DNA of 64,000 nt from Marsupella aquatica (taxonomy: Eukaryota > Plantae > Marchantiophyta): NCBI GenBank assembly GCA_973895155.1, contig OZ316895.1, positions 13,193,186 to 13,257,185 of the forward strand. The letters are read 5' to 3'. Positions 23,941 through 36,439 of the stretch are shown piece after piece; the first letter of the stretch is position 1; the number at the start of each line of letters is the position of its first letter. The notes under the pieces were generated by a model. The model was not told where the DNA came from. It ran no database searches and saw only the letters and a program-made list of their open reading frames with translations. Position numbers and translations under genes: made by a program.

Positions 23941-26900
23941 ATGCCATGAATGTCTATAGGGCTGATAGACCTTAAATCAACCTATCTACAACCTCATGGG
24001 ATCCATCAAATAACATTTTTCATTGTAGAAATACATAAAGTTTATCTTTCTATGGGAAGGGGGTTGCAACCATGGCCCCTGAGTGATCAGGAATTAACAA
24101 GCATAAGCCTAAAGTGCAGTTTAATTTTATTTATGACCTGAAATTTGCAAATCTCATTTATGACCTGAAAAATAAATATTCATTTATTTTGATTTGAGAC
24201 ATTTGCAAAAAATTTCATTTAAAATTCAAATTTTCAAAATTTACTGAATACTGAATTAAAGAGAAGATAGGAAATTTCCATTTAAAATTCAAATGTCTCA
24301 AGTCATTTGCCCCAAATCTCATAACCCCCAGGCCAGGCTGGAAGGGGTAATGGCTCATAGGGATGCATAAAATCACAAAAAAAGTATACACTAGGAGTAC
24401 AGTTTTCAATCACGCAGTTTCTAAATTACTCATAAAATCAATGACCCTTAAATTCTAATGGTCAAACATTAGTCTAATTAAATTAGACAAGGAATAGGTT
24501 TAGCATCTTTCCTTCAAACATAGGGGAAATGAGTCACTTCCACTCCAATTTGCTCTAGAACAAAAGAGAGAAAGAACAAAAGAGAGAACCCGAATACTTT
24601 TCTAAAACCCACCTCAGAAAACATTCTTTCTGTTTTCCATTAGTCAGCTCTCATCTACCGTAGACCCCATTAACTGAAATCTAACGGCTATATATCAATG
24701 TAGGGTTATCTAATATTAGAAATATATCCAATAAAGACAAAGAAAAAAATTCTTAGCATCCTCTCCATACCATGGGGCCCCATTCGCCACTTCGGCGAAA
24801 GGTGGGGTTTAAAATTACCCCTAGCCCGTACCCTTCCGAGAAAAGAATACGGCCGTCCTTCTACTGCGTCTCTGACCGTCCGTTCGTGCGTGCGGTCTGC
24901 CGACTGCGGTACAGTACCTAGTCCTTACTCTCGAATAAAGGATACTTCTTTCTTTTAATAATGCGGAATTCAAATTATTGACGGCGCTAACGCCATCGTT
25001 CTCTACTATTATCGTTTTTACTTTATTCTTATTCTATCGATCAAGGGCCCTGAGTTGTCGCAACGGACTCTGGTCTGGTGGTTTACTCGCTTCCCCTATG
25101 GGCAGTCAGTCATGCACCAGCACCACGGTACCTTGCTACTACTACAGTTCTCAAGGTTCGGGCTTTTTCCCTACTGATATACTACGGTACAGTACAGTAC
25201 TGTACAGTACAGTCCTTTGCCTTCGTGTAAGGCCGTTCATCAATACAGTACCTGCATCGGTAACATGGCCCTGTGTGTTTTTTCCTTACTGCTTTAAAAA
25301 TAATAACTATATAACATGCGGTCTGGATAAATGTGCGAACAGGGTAGTTCAGTGTTTTTTAATTTGCTATCTTCTCTTTAATTTAATATTTACCGTTCTG
25401 GTCTGGCCTAAACAGTCCCACACCCATTCTTTTGATGTATTCCAAATCTGGTTTTCAATTTATCCTATTATTAAAAAGTTTGAGTTATTTCAGTTAACAT
25501 TCATGTTTTTGTTTTATCTAAGTTTACAAATAAATCATATTACTGGAAATTTTGTATTTTTCATGTGTTACGTATCAATTGACACTATTTGTATGTCACT
25601 TGAAAATAAATTTCTTTATTTAACTTAGAATAAACACTTTAATTTCTTATATAGTCTCAGACGTTAATTAGGGTGACATTCATAAAAATATTTGTTTTTA
25701 AATATGATGTGAAATCAATTACGATAACAGTGGAGTTATGTGCCAGAGACAAATTAGTCTATGAAGCTCCTAGGTCATTTTTATCAAGATATAGCTGAAA
25801 TTGAAGATGGCAATAGGTTGGGGACAAGATGAGTCATGGAATGGCATAATGAATGTGAATGTGCCGCCTCTATTTTAACACTAACCATATGCCAATGCAA
25901 GGAGGGTTGGCCCATAGGGAGTTGGGCCGGGTAAATTATGGGGCAGGGGAAGCACATATGTGCTAAGGGTGCACATTTCCTCCATCAATGGTCAAAGAAA
26001 ACAGCCAATTGAATCCAACTAATGTGAATCTTTCCTGTCCATGAGCTTTCTGATATTGGGACAAACTTTTAAAAAATAATGTATCCTTTCTTATAGTCGT
26101 AGATAACTCAGGCTAGTGTATTTATTTTTGGCTTACAAAATATGTAAGTGGAGAAAATACTAGAGTAGAACTAGAATACATATTAAATGTGAGTGAGATA
26201 AAATATATAAGTAGAGCATATGCAAAGGAAACTCACATAGTGACCATGAAAAGTACAGTCAAGTTCTATGACACAAAGGTGCTACAATCTGTGCACTCAT
26301 TTTATTATTTTTATTTATTATTTCATTTTTTCAATCTGTGCACTCATTAATTCAATGACACTCAAGTCAATCAAAACCATAAACTTAAAAATGAAAGCCA
26401 TGAGGGGAACTAAAGACCCCATGTGTTCATGTTATTTAGAATCATTATTTCACTCACGAGAGTACTTAAAACTTTGTTCAAGTGGTAGAAATTAAAGCCA
26501 TTGGTTTCACACACTTGAAATCTAAGATATAACAAAGTTTAAAAATTATGAGGGCTGCCAAAATAAGTTCAAAATACTCTAGGATACCAAAAATTAAAGG
26601 GGTCAAAAATTTATTTAACAATCTATATGATACAAAGGATGCCCCTTGATAAGGCACATTGAAATAGAAATACACGACACAAAAATATGAAGAAGACAAA
26701 ATTTCAAAGGTGGACGCACCATATAGCAACTTCAAAATTTTCAATGGAATCACAATCCAAATATTATTGCTGGGATACAATTTCTAACCACCATAAAGGT
26801 AATTTGAGCTAGTGGGCGTTCAAAATTCTCCCAGCCAAATAAGTTTTCAGTCTACTATTTCAGGTCTTTTGCCTATTTCAATAGAAAACACCATTTCAGG

Positions 26901-27353
26901 GCATCTTACCTCATACAAAGTTGTCATATCTTGAATTTAAATTGCTTCCCATTTTCCCTCTTTTCTCAGAAGTATACATTTTGTGCTGAGCACCAAAAAA
27001 CTCTTATTACTTTATCGCACAAAGCTAATAACCACTATTGTAGCCCTTGAAGTGTTTTAATTCCATCAACTATCAATGATTTGCATCATGTGATATCAGG
27101 AATGAGGTGACACATGAAAATTTTACTGAAGAATTTTCCCAATTAAGCAACCTAAATTAACAGTTTCAAGTCGCACAAAGTGGACCAATTATGATCATCA
27201 CTGAATAATTTACCTAATTAGCAAATCTATTGTATCATATTCACCAAACCTAATAGCTAAAGATCAATCCATACATGATCTAACTATTAGTGATGATAGG
27301 CTAGAAATGACAGTCTTTTCTAGGGCTGGGGTTCGTGCTCTTGGGGATGTGGT

Positions 27354-30143
27354 TGTAGTAGAAACCGGGGCATTTCATGACCAGACCAGTTATGACAAGC
27401 TTGACCACCAGAGTGCTTTAATAAAATGTCAGTCTTATGGATGTGACCCCACATGACTTGACAGTGCACTAATGAGTCTACATAAGACACTAGAGCATTG
27501 AAATTCTGAACAGTGGATAGTCCTAGTCATGCCTAGTCTAAGTAATATAAATGCAGTTGGTCCAACCACGTCCAATATAGTCATAAATTGGCTTGAACAT
27601 TCTCATTGTGGGATTAGTCCCGTTACTCCCACTTGGGCAACTTCCATTTTACCATGGCGGTGTGGTTCACATGAACACTACAAAAGACCTTCAGTGAAGC
27701 AAAGTTTAGGAAAAGACTAAGAAAAGTTTCCTTCCTACTTTGTGAAGGGTGTGTGCACCCCTCAGAAAGTGGCCCACAGGTCTGTTAGAGGATTTTTAGG
27801 CTTCACCAAGAGTAATTAGTATAGTCGAGATGTTGTTTTGGAGCAAGTATGAAATGGTAGAAGTGACAAAATGGTTAAATAGAAATAGGAATTAAGCTCT
27901 ATGCCCTTGACTTCTAGTTAGCAATAGGTGACATGAAGATTAGTTGAGAGAAAAAGAAAGATTTTTTTTCAGGCCATATCAGTATTGACATTTGATAGTC
28001 TAAATTAATGTAAGTTTTAGACAAGTGTCGGGATAGATAAACCAAGCTACTTAGGACTTGGGATAAATATTCTTCTTGGTGTTAGATTAGTAAGGGAATA
28101 GCCAGGAGTAGTTCTAGTAATTAGTCAAACTGCTGTAGTTGCTTGGAGATCAATCATGTAGAGGAATTAGTGAAATTTGGGGTTACACCAATTTGGCGGT
28201 GCCGCTAAATTGAATGGCTAGCTTAGAGGGGGACTTAGAGGGCCTTGTTACTGGCCAGTAACGAGGTGGAGAAAGGTCCAAGGGGGAGAAAATGTCGAGC
28301 CTAAAGTACAAGGGTTGAGCAGGAATCCAAGAGACCATCGAAGGTTTGTGGCTATGGAGGCAGCAGCAGATCGGGAACTGTATCTTTAGCTTCAATTGCT
28401 TGTTTTTGCATTGCATAGGTGCGTTGGATTTGTCTTTGGATGCTCTCACGGATGGCAGCTTTGATTTAGGCTTTCTTGGTACACCTCAAAGCTAGTAGAG
28501 GTCGCCATTTGACCTGGAATCCGAAAATTTCCTTGGTAAAAGCTGCAGCAGATCGGGAGATGTATCTTAGCCATTTCTTGATCATTTTTGGATTGGATTG
28601 GGGCATTGGATTTGCCTTTGGATACCCTTGATGCTATGAGCCAGGAATCAAGCCTCCCATCAGCTGCTCAAAGCTGAAGGAGCTTGAAGTTCAGCCCGAA
28701 AGTTCAGGATTTGGAATAACAAAGGCCAAATTTAGTGCTACGGTTTAGGGAGCTGTATCTTTGGCATTCTACCATCATTTTTGGATTGGACAGCTGGGTT
28801 GGGATCGTCCTTGGATTCCCTTTGAGGACATGCATTTGAATCAGGGCTTCAAAAGAATCGTTGGATGCTATAGGAGTTAGATCTGGGAGCTGGAAATTAG
28901 GGATTTGAGTGAGAAGAAGCCAAAATCTGAGTTATTGCTTGACATGAGGGCTAGCTCGTGTCTTTCCTTGTTGGCTGCTGGATTCCAGGGGAGTAGTTGA
29001 GGTGTCCCTGGTGGCCATTCAGTGGAGATTGAGGTGCAGGACAAGGAGACAAGGAGAATTGATGCAAGATTGAATGTTCTGGTCAGGGAGAGCACAGTGT
29101 GACTGATTTGAAGTGGAAAATTTGTGTGCATTGCTGGTGGCTTGTGGGTGCTGCTCAGGGATCCAAGGAGTGATACCAGGGCAAGTGGGCACCCCAAGGT
29201 TGAGTATTGGAGAGATCAGAGTGTTGTTGGAATCCACGAGAGAGATTTTAGGGCTAAAATGAGTGCCCAGGATACAATGTCAGAAATTACTGAGTTACTA
29301 CTAGAGACCAGGGAGGAGCTACTGGAGTAAAAATTGAAGGTAGGAGCTAGGAGGAGGTACCCATGGAGGCCAAAAGCGAATTCAGTTCAGGAGTGATGCA
29401 TGGAGGTTTGTGAGAACTTACCTAAGTAGTGAGTAGGACATTTAGAATAGATGAGCAGCAAGTTAGCCAAGTAAATTTCAGTTTCAAGCTTTGCAAGAGA
29501 GTAATTAGATGCATTGGATGCTGTGATAGGAGGTAGAGAAGAGACAAGGAGGAGAGCAGTTCATGAGAGTGAGTGAGCTCTCAAGTTTCAGCTATTTAGT
29601 TGTGCAACTTTTCAGTTTCAGGGGCTTGTATGTTGTTGGCTAATGGAAGCTATGTGCATTTTCACTCAAGCCAAGCTGATCAGCAACTGCAGTGTCCCAA
29701 CTCTAGGAAAGTAGTGTGTGTATGAGAGAGGGTTCAGTCTGGAAGATTGACTTGTGTTGGAAGCTTTGAATTGTGAGTTACATAAAGCAGCCCTCTTGAC
29801 TTATCTCACTCTATTGTCCTGTTTTTGATGTTGTATATGACTGGTCCAGGGTTTGTATTATCTTCCATTCAGTTTGATGTTGAAGGTTCAGAAGTGTTAA
29901 TTGGTTGTGCATAGTAGACTATAGCACGTTCTCATCCGAAAATGCCCAAGTATGGATTTGGTCATTATTAGTCACAAAATGTGTCTTAAAGCCTAGTCAC
30001 AGATCTGACCACTCGATTTCAGTCACTTTAAATAAGACGCTATGTCAAAATTACAACTGGCTTGATACCCCCCAAATGTTAGTCACAAGGAGTCATGGGC
30101 AGTCTTAAAACCTAGTCATATAACACCCTGGTTTCTACTAGTC
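27354..30143. mobile_element. CACTA (En/Spm)-like non-autonomous element with a nested LTR-like repeat
   Basis: Inverted termini TAGTAGAAACCGGGG (~27356) and CCCTGGTTTCTACTAGT (~30126-30142); short ATGAC/AGTCA subterminal repeats at both ends. The terminal CACTA itself is mutated. Confidence 0.55.
28340..28870 (+). repeat. Three diverged ~185-190 bp tandem units inside an LTR-retrotransposon-like segment
   Basis: Recurring GGGA(A/G)(C/A)TGTATCTT...TTTTG(C/G)ATTG...TTGGAT at ~28374, ~28555 and ~28749. Confidence 0.6.
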
Positions 30144-30149
30144 CTACCA

Positions 30150-30560
30150 GGGGGAGCCATGTCGCAGTTGCCACACATTGCCTGGCCATGTTGCTGCCAA
30201 GGCGGCCCGGCTCAAGGAGGAGGCCTATGCACTTCGCTATCCAGGGAATCTTTTCTACCCCTTTGTCGTTGAGGTTTTTGATGCTCTCCACCCTATCTTC
30301 GACCAGTTCCTACGGGCCTTTGCAGTTTTTGGTATTATTGAGGAGGTCTTACCCCTTGTTCCTGTCCTTACCGCCTTTTTTTGGCAGTAGGTGTCTATGT
30401 CACTTAAGCGGGCCCATGTTTTCACCCTCCTTCGTAGGGCTGAGGAAGTTGGTTTAGGGTCTCCCGACAGGTTCCACTTTGTGACCCTCCTATGCGGTTT
30501 ACTCCGGAGCTCTTCCAGGATTTTCAGTTCTCCGCTCAGTAGGGTATCAGCATTCTTGGC
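30150..30560 (+). mobile_element. 3' relic of a REL-endonuclease non-LTR retrotransposon (CRE-like)
   Basis: Translation AAKAARLKEEAYALRYPGNLFYPFVVEVFDALHPIFDQFLR...Q*VSMSLKRAH fits the K..KY / F.PF..E..G / QR.S..LQR pattern of CRE-type restriction-like endonuclease C-termini; followed by a pyrimidine-rich tail. Confidence 0.65.
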
Positions 30561-32559
30561 TCCTTTGTAGGTTACTTTTTGGTCCCTGTTCCTTCGTTGG
30601 CTTTTGATTGGGGTCCCCTTGGCTTGTTTTTCTAGGGGCCCTTTCCCCCTTTTTCCCTCCCTTCATTGGGTTGCTTTGCCTTTGGGATCATGTCTCCCGG
30701 TTCCGCATTTTTTGCCCTTGGGCAATGTGATATATGATGGCCCCTTCAGGTACGGTGTCTTCCAATCCTACCTGGCACAAAGTGGGCCCAAGTAACCTGT
30801 TGTGGAGTGCTTATGTTGCCAAGAATTGTAGACCAACTTTAGAAGTGTTCCAGACATTTTCAATCTTTGCATATTTCAGTCTTAAATTTTTGTTAGAAGG
30901 GTTTGGAGTTTAACTTCAGAACAAGAAGTGACTCTCCAATTTGCTTTGACAGGGAAAAAACATAAGTGCCATCTATATCTTATAAAGCCACCCCAATAAA
31001 CACTGAGTAATCAGGTGAGTATTTTTGGAAACGTTGTGAGTGAAACAAGTTTGGATGTGAGCGAAAAGAGAATCCATATGGAAGTTGGATTCGTCAACGC
31101 AAGATGAAGAATAAGAAGTAAATGAGTCGAAAAGTTGCTTTGGGAGAAAGACGATGGGGTGAAACAACAGCCACTATCCCGTGCCCACGTGCACTGCTTT
31201 CATTGTCTGAGTTGCAATCAATTTTCATTTCCATTTCCCCCAGAAAAGACACTTCCAATCATACAGTATTTAGTGAAGAAAGCAAAAGGGAATTTCATTC
31301 ATGCCTGGAAAGAAGCAAAATAATAACAACTCCACGAAGATCATATTCCTCTCCTTTTGTTATTTTATGGGTGGCCATCTCATCAGGTGCACGTGTGCAT
31401 CTAGAGCTTTGGTCAGCCTCCCGCTACAGGCCACACATCAAAAGGCTTTAACCAAAAACAAATGAAGCCATCAATCACTCTCACTGGTTGTATGTTACTT
31501 TTTTATGGACATAAAAAAAGGTTGTTCAATCAAGGCAAAAAGAAACCACAGCCATGAATAAGGATTGAATAAGGCAACACAACTGGACTATCTTGGCTTA
31601 TTTTCTGACAGCTTTATGGAGATTCTTCTTGAGTATTATTTGTTCTTTTCCTATATGATTTGTGTTCGCTTTACGAACAACAAAAATAATAGTGCACCAG
31701 ATCAAAAGAGAATAAAGCGAAAAATAAAATTAATGGAAGTGAGGTACATCTTGAGGAAAACACCAAAATAGGAAAAGGTTCTTTTTCAATAAATAAAAAG
31801 TTGCATGTCCTCTTCAAGTGACCCAGAAACCTGAGGATGAAGTAACATTTTATTTGTAGTCCTTGTAGGAGAAATACCAACGTTAGAATTTGACAAACAA
31901 TAAGTACTTTTTCTTGATTGATTTATAGGTTCTTTTTCTCTTTCACAACCAGTATACATCATTTTTTAGAGGGGATTGATAAGAGTTTTGGAAGAGTACT
32001 TTCTCTGAGCCCGCTTCTTTGCAACACATGTTATGTCATACCCAACTCTCCACTTGAACCCCCCTAAACATAGGCACTTTTGTCAAGCTTAGTGTCTAGC
32101 CCAGGCAAAAGAATATTGCCATGCAGTCCAGGCCCTTCCCCAATCACGTCATCTCCCCCTGGTGACACCACCTTGACAGCGAGCTTGATAGCCTTCATGA
32201 TCTATGTCCTCCTCCATGCTCAGCATTGCTCAGTTGGGTGCCCATTTGGCTTTAACTATGAGCATTTTGGGGATATGTTTCCACCCAAGGTTCCTCAATT
32301 ACGTTTTCCAGTTCTGTTTTCCTGTTTCAAGTGTATTGTAGTGGGGGTTTAGGGTTTCAAGTTTACGGTATGGATAGGGAATTTTGCCAAAAAAAATCAA
32401 TTTTTTTTCAAATTTGGGTCTGTACGCCTATCTCGACGAGGTCAACCAAGATGTCAATCTCAGCTGCCCAGCTGATATGCATGGAGGTGCGAAGGCCCCA
32501 TCTCAACTACTCAGCTGAGATTCAGAAAATTAGTGGGCTAAAAGACTAATAACTGACAA

Positions 32560-33260
32560 AATAGTTGACTCCATTGACACAGGAAATATGTTGTTTACTT
32601 GTCCATAGGCTATGTCCATGTGAACACACAAGAGAATTTTATTAAACTCTGAGCACATAGGCCATACCAACTCTCTCCCTATCTTGCAACTAGCTTCATA
32701 ACATTAACGCTAGACCCAAGAGTTAATGTCTAACACCTGGTCCTCCACCACAACAATTAGTGGTCAATCTTACCATGGTCCATGACGGTCAGTGTATCAG
32801 TCCTTGGTTGATGTTGTGATAGCCAATCCGCTTTGTGTTACAACATCATTGGGATAGCGACAACAGGGGCAGGGCAGCAGCAACATGGGTACAACGACAA
32901 AAGAGGCAAAATATTTTGCATGCGCTTCATCAAATAGCTTCCTCCCCTTTGCTCTTGATCGAGATCGTTGGGTAAATCCATCAGATAACGTCATCAATTT
33001 GATGGGCTTCTTTGATAGCCAGCTCATGACATTCATGGATAGATGGATCTCATTGGACCACCACTCTCTATTTTGACTAGTTATGCAGTTTTATTAGCAA
33101 ATTTTGATGACAATATAGCATGCGCAAGCTTGTGCAATTTAGCTTTGATATCTGAGCATCATGGGTGCTAGCGTGCCTCCACATAGGCTTGGCCCTCAAG
33201 GACATCCCTGTCCCACTTGCAAAACACTAGATGTGGATCATTAGCTCTTGAAGCTTTTGG
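32560..33260 (+). mobile_element. Second, more decayed CRE-like REL-endonuclease relic
   Basis: Translates to DVVIANPL...TTTKEAKYFACASSNSFLPFAL, matching the DV..(D)P...K..KY...F.PFA motif string; the upstream DSIDTGNMLFTC resembles a decayed CCHC knuckle. Confidence 0.5.
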
Positions 33261-36200
33261 ATTAGATATGGATAATTAGGCCGGTCATTAGATCACTACA
33301 CCATTAGAGTGGTATCTCTTTTCCCATTTTTTCCCTCTTTCTCAGTTATTGGGGTTGCATATGCCTCTTCTTTAGTCTTTGGTGTTTCTCCTCTTTGGAC
33401 CTCTTTTGCTTTCCCTTTATTGTACTGTTTTGGCTCTTTTTGTAAACTTGATGGTTTTTGGTGAAGTTTAAGAAAGTTTCCTTTCATCCCCCAATTATTT
33501 CTGAGCACGTTAAAGGTCTAAAGGTTATGTGAACTCTCACCCTCACTTATTTTTGCCCCCAACACTCTACTCGTTACAGTATATTTTTGATCTGGTCCCT
33601 CCAGTCAACCATATAATGTAACAAGTAGAAGTGACCCCGTGAAAATACTATACTAGAGAATTGTACTATAGTCAGTCCGAGTGCTAGAGACAATACTACC
33701 TTCTTCCCTCAAACACTCAAAAGTTGAAAAAATGGTGTCTCCCCACTAAAAAGATGTTTCAATTCAAACACAATGCCACATTAACACAACGCCCGAGCGT
33801 TGTGTTTGGGGTGATGTTGTGTTTGAGTACTTCTTGTGGAGACCCCTTACGACAAATTTTATGTCTCAATTCTTATCATCAAGCACAACTACCCCTGGTT
33901 CTTTTTGTGGGTAGGCGTCAATGTCACGGTAAGTGTAAGTGCCCTCACTCTTGAGATCCAATCCTGCTGAGGACTTTGAGATCCAATCCTGTTGGTCTGG
34001 CTTTTGCTCAAAGAAATGGCCAGGCACATCACTGACGGTAGGATGTGTCCATTCTAGACCTCACAATTGACATTCTTTGGCTCTTTCGGATGGAATTTAG
34101 ACGCAGTGTACCTTTGAACAATTGGATCATGAGGGAGAAATTTCATTTCAGATGTCCATTTCTTGGCAACCTCTCATTTCAATATGTTGCAAGTAGAACA
34201 ATCCAAACCATCGATTAAAAACTCAAACACAACGCCCAGGGCTCACTATTCGAATAGGGTGCCCCCTGGACCACTATTTGAATACAGCGCCACATGTGGC
34301 GCTGTGTTTGGGGGAGGACGGTAGCGGTGATTCTCATTAAACTCTTGAGTTATTTTTTTGCAAAATAAATAAATAAGAGGAGGGAACTTTTATTCCTTTT
34401 TGGAAAGACTTATTAAGATTCAAAATGAAATAAAGGTTAAAAAGGGTTCAAGATCTCCAATAATGTCAGGCTTCATCACATGATTGGTCTAGAGCTAGTT
34501 TGTTTTGATCAGTGAGACTGCTGGGTGCTATGTCAGCCACTATGTCCTTGGTTGCTAGCCTCTAGTTGTGGTTTCCCCCTAAAGGTAGTTGTGACCCAAA
34601 ACCGGATTGAAAAATAGCAATCCTCCCATATTACAAATAAGTGGGAAGTAAACACATAACATCCTTGGGGGTTTAAAGTTTCATTAATTGGGTTCTCTAA
34701 ATGGCCGGCTACTGTGTCGGATACAGGAATCTTTGTATGAGGATTTGGAGGGGAAAACAGGAAGATCAAGCAAGAGAGAGTTTGCAAGCTTACGCATTGT
34801 TTTAGACAACTCACTCCCAATTTGGTAAAGGGATGCAGATGTAGGGATTCATTGAGAACGTTCTACTGTGGGGTTCTTTTCTTTTTCTTTCTCTGGATCT
34901 TGCCCTTTTTTCATTTTTAAGTTGGGTCTTAGTTGATTTGATTTTTTCTACTTGTTGGTACCGTATTCGTCCCTTTCCTTGTTATAAGCTACAATTTGCA
35001 GCAAAAGTCTCTTTATTGAGTTTTTTGCCATTGGAACCATGTTTCGCGTTACATAAACTCAGCAACCAACCAGGTGTTTTCCATTTCCCCTCCCTTTGTG
35101 TGGCTCTAAGAAAATTGTCTACCCCTTGAAAATGTTTTGCAAGGTTTGGGGGGAAGGGGCAGGCGACAGAAAAAAACAAGTAGGAGAATCTGTCTGAAGA
35201 TAGCCTTTTCTGTACAAATTCGGATAATATTTGTTGTCGTCCGTGGCTCCTGTCTTAAATGTGCAAAGGAGCTTTTCGAAGCTCCCAACCGACCGACTGG
35301 CGAATGGCCAGCAATTTATTGCAATCCTATGGGACTATCACATATGCCTATTATAGCCTTATCTTCAAGGCTTCCACAGAACTTTTTAATGAAAGTCGTG
35401 TAATACCTCAAATCCTTACATCACCGAACACCCACACGCCCAAAAGCACTACCTGCCTCCCTCTCGTAGCTGCCATATAATAAGGTTGGCAGCTCCTAGT
35501 CCCCAGTGTCTTTGTGGCTCCACCAAACTAGCATTTCTCATCTAAGAACGACAATTCCAAGTAGCAGAGTAGACAAAAAGTCTGGGTTAATAGAATTCGA
35601 AAAGATGGTTTTCAACCAGCTGAATGAGCCTGGCCTTCATAAATGTGTAAGAAGACCATGTGGGACATGCTAACTGGGAAATCAGATACAGGTTGAATCC
35701 CTCCAATGTTTTAATAACATATGATTTTTCAAACAAACCTTAGAGATGCTCGGTAATTCACTTCTTTACGATCCTTCTGAAATTTAGGAATCGCCCATGA
35801 CAATTCATCTCTAGTATGTATCACATGATTGTGAACACCTTTTTCCAGTCTTCAGATATACCACAGTTGCAAAAACACAGTTGTGAGTTGGATACTTTGG
35901 TGTCTTCCAACTTTTCTAGTAAACACTTAGATTGTGAACCCTTTGCCAGTCTCCAGGCAAGCTGAAATGCACAACGACAAGTCTCTCGATTTTGAAGAAT
36001 TTACAGTCCTCCCAGAGCAACTGGATATGGTGCACCAGAACCAAGCTTAAGCTTTCTTCTAATCTACATTACAACAGAAACGCACATCAAATGGATAACG
36101 AGCCTCTTTAGCATCTACTGAAATCAATATTCCCTTGCTTCAAACGTCTACCATCATCAGTGAATTGGTGGTGGCTTCTGACCATGGTATTTAAACTAGC

Positions 36201-36439
36201 ACTTGGTATCTGGAAAATGAGGAGCTGACGTGAACGCAAAGACTTGCGTATGGAGCGATTGTCGCAAATCCTCGAAAAGTAAGAGATAGCAGAAACCTGT
36301 TCAAAACTTTCTAATACTACTTCCCAGCCATTGGTTTCCCTGGAACTGACCAACATAACTTGCATTCGGACAACCCAATTCTATTCGAGACCAGTTATAG
36401 TGGTCTCCTGATCATAGGCTAGAAAAATCTGCTGAGATA

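Noticed and set aside
24978-25628. 216-aa hydrophobic ORF
   Set aside because: Non-ATG start, T-rich low-complexity sequence and no recognisable motif.
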